Below, in pieces: positions 18,308 through 19,465 of a DNA stretch of 19,465 bases. Position 1 is the first letter of the stretch; each line of letters starts with the position of its first letter. The notes below the pieces were generated by a model that worked only from the letters and a program-made list of their open reading frames with translations, made no database searches and was not told the DNA's origin. Source of the DNA: Candidatus Sumerlaeales bacterium (lineage in GTDB: Bacteria; Sumerlaeota; Sumerlaeia; Sumerlaeales; Sumerlaeaceae); assembly GCA_038243585.1 (NCBI GenBank), contig JBBSQY010000059.1, positions 1-19,465 of the forward strand, given 5' to 3'. Position numbers and translations under genes: made by a program.

Positions 18308-19465
18308 ATGCGGTCGCCACAAAAGCTCACTATTATCGTTTCGGCAGTTGCGGCCGTTGCGTTGTCCGGTTCCTCACTGTTACCTGTCGCCGCCCAGGAG
18401 ACCTCTGCGCCGGCTCCGGCGCGGCGATCGTCGCTGCCGGATGAGGCGCTGAAGCTTGCTCAGCAGGCCGAGCAGCATCTTGCCGCCAATGAACCGGAAA
18501 AAGCTATTGCGGTTTTTAAAAGTCTTGATAAACAGCACCCGAACCAGCCGGCCATCAGTCTGCGTCTGGCCCAGATAAACGACACCCTTAACCGCGCTGG
18601 CTACGCGTTGTTTTATTATCGCCGATACATTAAACAGGCTGGCCCCCGCTCCCGCGATATTGCGGTGGAGCGGGTTTCCAGCCTTGAGCTTATGGCGGGC
18701 GCTGATGCCGAAGCGGAAAAAGCCGCTCGCGAAATGGGCGAGACAACTGTGGCCCTGGCTACCCCGGCTCCAAAAATTGAGCGACAGCTGGTTACGGAAG
18801 CAAAAGACGGCAGCAGGGTTCCCATTAACAGCGAAAAGGATCTGGAGCGTCTCCAGAGACAGGGCGTGCCGCAGACTGCCCCATCGACTCCCGTCCCCAC
18901 GTCCGCGCCGGCGATTGTTCTTCCGCCGCAACTGACGGCGACCGTAGCTCACGAAACGGCCCAGCCGCAAGAAACGCCGCGGAGGCAAACGCCACCTCGA
19001 CAAACGCCGTCGCCGGCCTACACGACTACCCCGGCCCCACCTCGACCAAAAACCGCGGCGGCGCCTGCGACCCAGGCTTCGGTGTATGCCAGCGCAACCC
19101 CTCGCCCGCCGGATGAGGACGCGCTTCTGGCAAACGCATTCAGCAAAGGGAGTGTCTCGGAATCGGCAGAAATCCAGGTGGACAGGTCGGATGAGTCGGT
19201 AAGATCGGACAGGTCTGTCCGGTCCGAAAACCCTCCCCCGCCGGCCAGGGCCACTCCCGAACAAAAAGTTGTTTTCACCAAGCAAACCCCGGCCCACGAA
19301 TCCCCCCGGGCCGCCGCTTTCTTTAATGTTGCCAAAGCCGCCGGGGCGTATGCCTCGGTTGCCATTGTGAACGATTTGAAGGATGCGGTTGTGACTTTGT
19401 CTTTGACGCCGGAAGACAACGGCGAAGTCATATCAGCTATTCTGGTGCCGGGAGAAAAACGAACG
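18308..19465 (+). CDS. Secreted TPR-like protein with a long Pro/Thr/Ala-rich linker (3' truncated by the window)
   Basis: Manual translation from ATG 18308 (GAGGA upstream): MRSPQKLTIIVSAVAAVALSGSSLLPVAA|QETS..., then a helical TPR-like segment (AEQHLAANEPEKAIAVFKSLDKQHPNQPAISLRLAQI...ALFYYRRYI). The same frame reads ...DAVVTLSLTPEDNGEVISAILVPGEKRT at the window end. Not in the ORF track, presumably because it has no stop. Confidence 0.85.
   Translation, partial: MRSPQKLTIIVSAVAAVALSGSSLLPVAAQETSAPAPARRSSLPDEALKLAQQAEQHLAANEPEKAIAVFKSLDKQHPNQPAISLRLAQINDTLNRAGYALFYYRRYIKQAGPRSRDIAVERVSSLELMAGADAEAEKAAREMGETTVALATPAPKIERQLVTEAKDGSRVPINSEKDLERLQRQGVPQTAPSTPVPTSAPAIVLPPQLTATVAHETAQPQETPRRQTPPRQTPSPAYTTTPAPPRPKTAAAPATQASVYASATPRPPDEDALLANAFSKGSVSESAEIQVDRSDESVRSDRSVRSENPPPPARATPEQKVVFTKQTPAHESPRAAAFFNVAKAAGAYASVAIVNDLKDAVVTLSLTPEDNGEVISAILVPGEKRT
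19181..19225 (+). repeat. Degenerate 9-nt tandem repeat (5 units) inside the CDS
   Basis: GACAGGTCG GATGAGTCG GTAAGATCG GACAGGTCT GTCCGGTCC, encoding DRS-DES-VRS-DRS-VRS. Confidence 0.55.

Noticed and set aside
18380..19297. 305-aa minus-strand ORF (and 19018-19431)
   Set aside because: Arg/Gly-rich antisense shadow of the plus-strand signal-peptide TPR-like gene starting at 18308.

Overview
A 19.5-kb bacterial chromosomal window. The two YDPTNG-type pseudopilins and a C-terminal W-x-L-Y tail suggest Candidatus Sumerlaeota (BRC1) or a relative, which is an inference. Left (minus strand): a pseudopilin, a secreted TIMP/OB-fold-like protein and a 2246-aa secreted metzincin/TSP3/FG-GAP protein, closed by a terminator. 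Middle: GC-rich genes for a TIGR03663-like GT-C membrane protein, a CPBP intramembrane protease, mnmA and a ZnuC-like ABC ATPase, with a REP-like inverted repeat between the CPBP gene and mnmA. Right (about 14150-18100): an AT-rich, partly translationally coupled five-gene minus-strand cassette. It encodes a signal-peptide-bearing six-cysteine peptide (followed by a perfect 15-bp hairpin), a C-terminally anchored protein, a DUF1573 protein, an L,D-transpeptidase-motif protein and a second pseudopilin. This cassette is the best candidate for an undescribed peptide secretion or display system. The window ends inside a secreted TPR-like, Pro/Thr-rich gene that the ORF track omits. No tRNA, rRNA, CRISPR array or transposase was seen.
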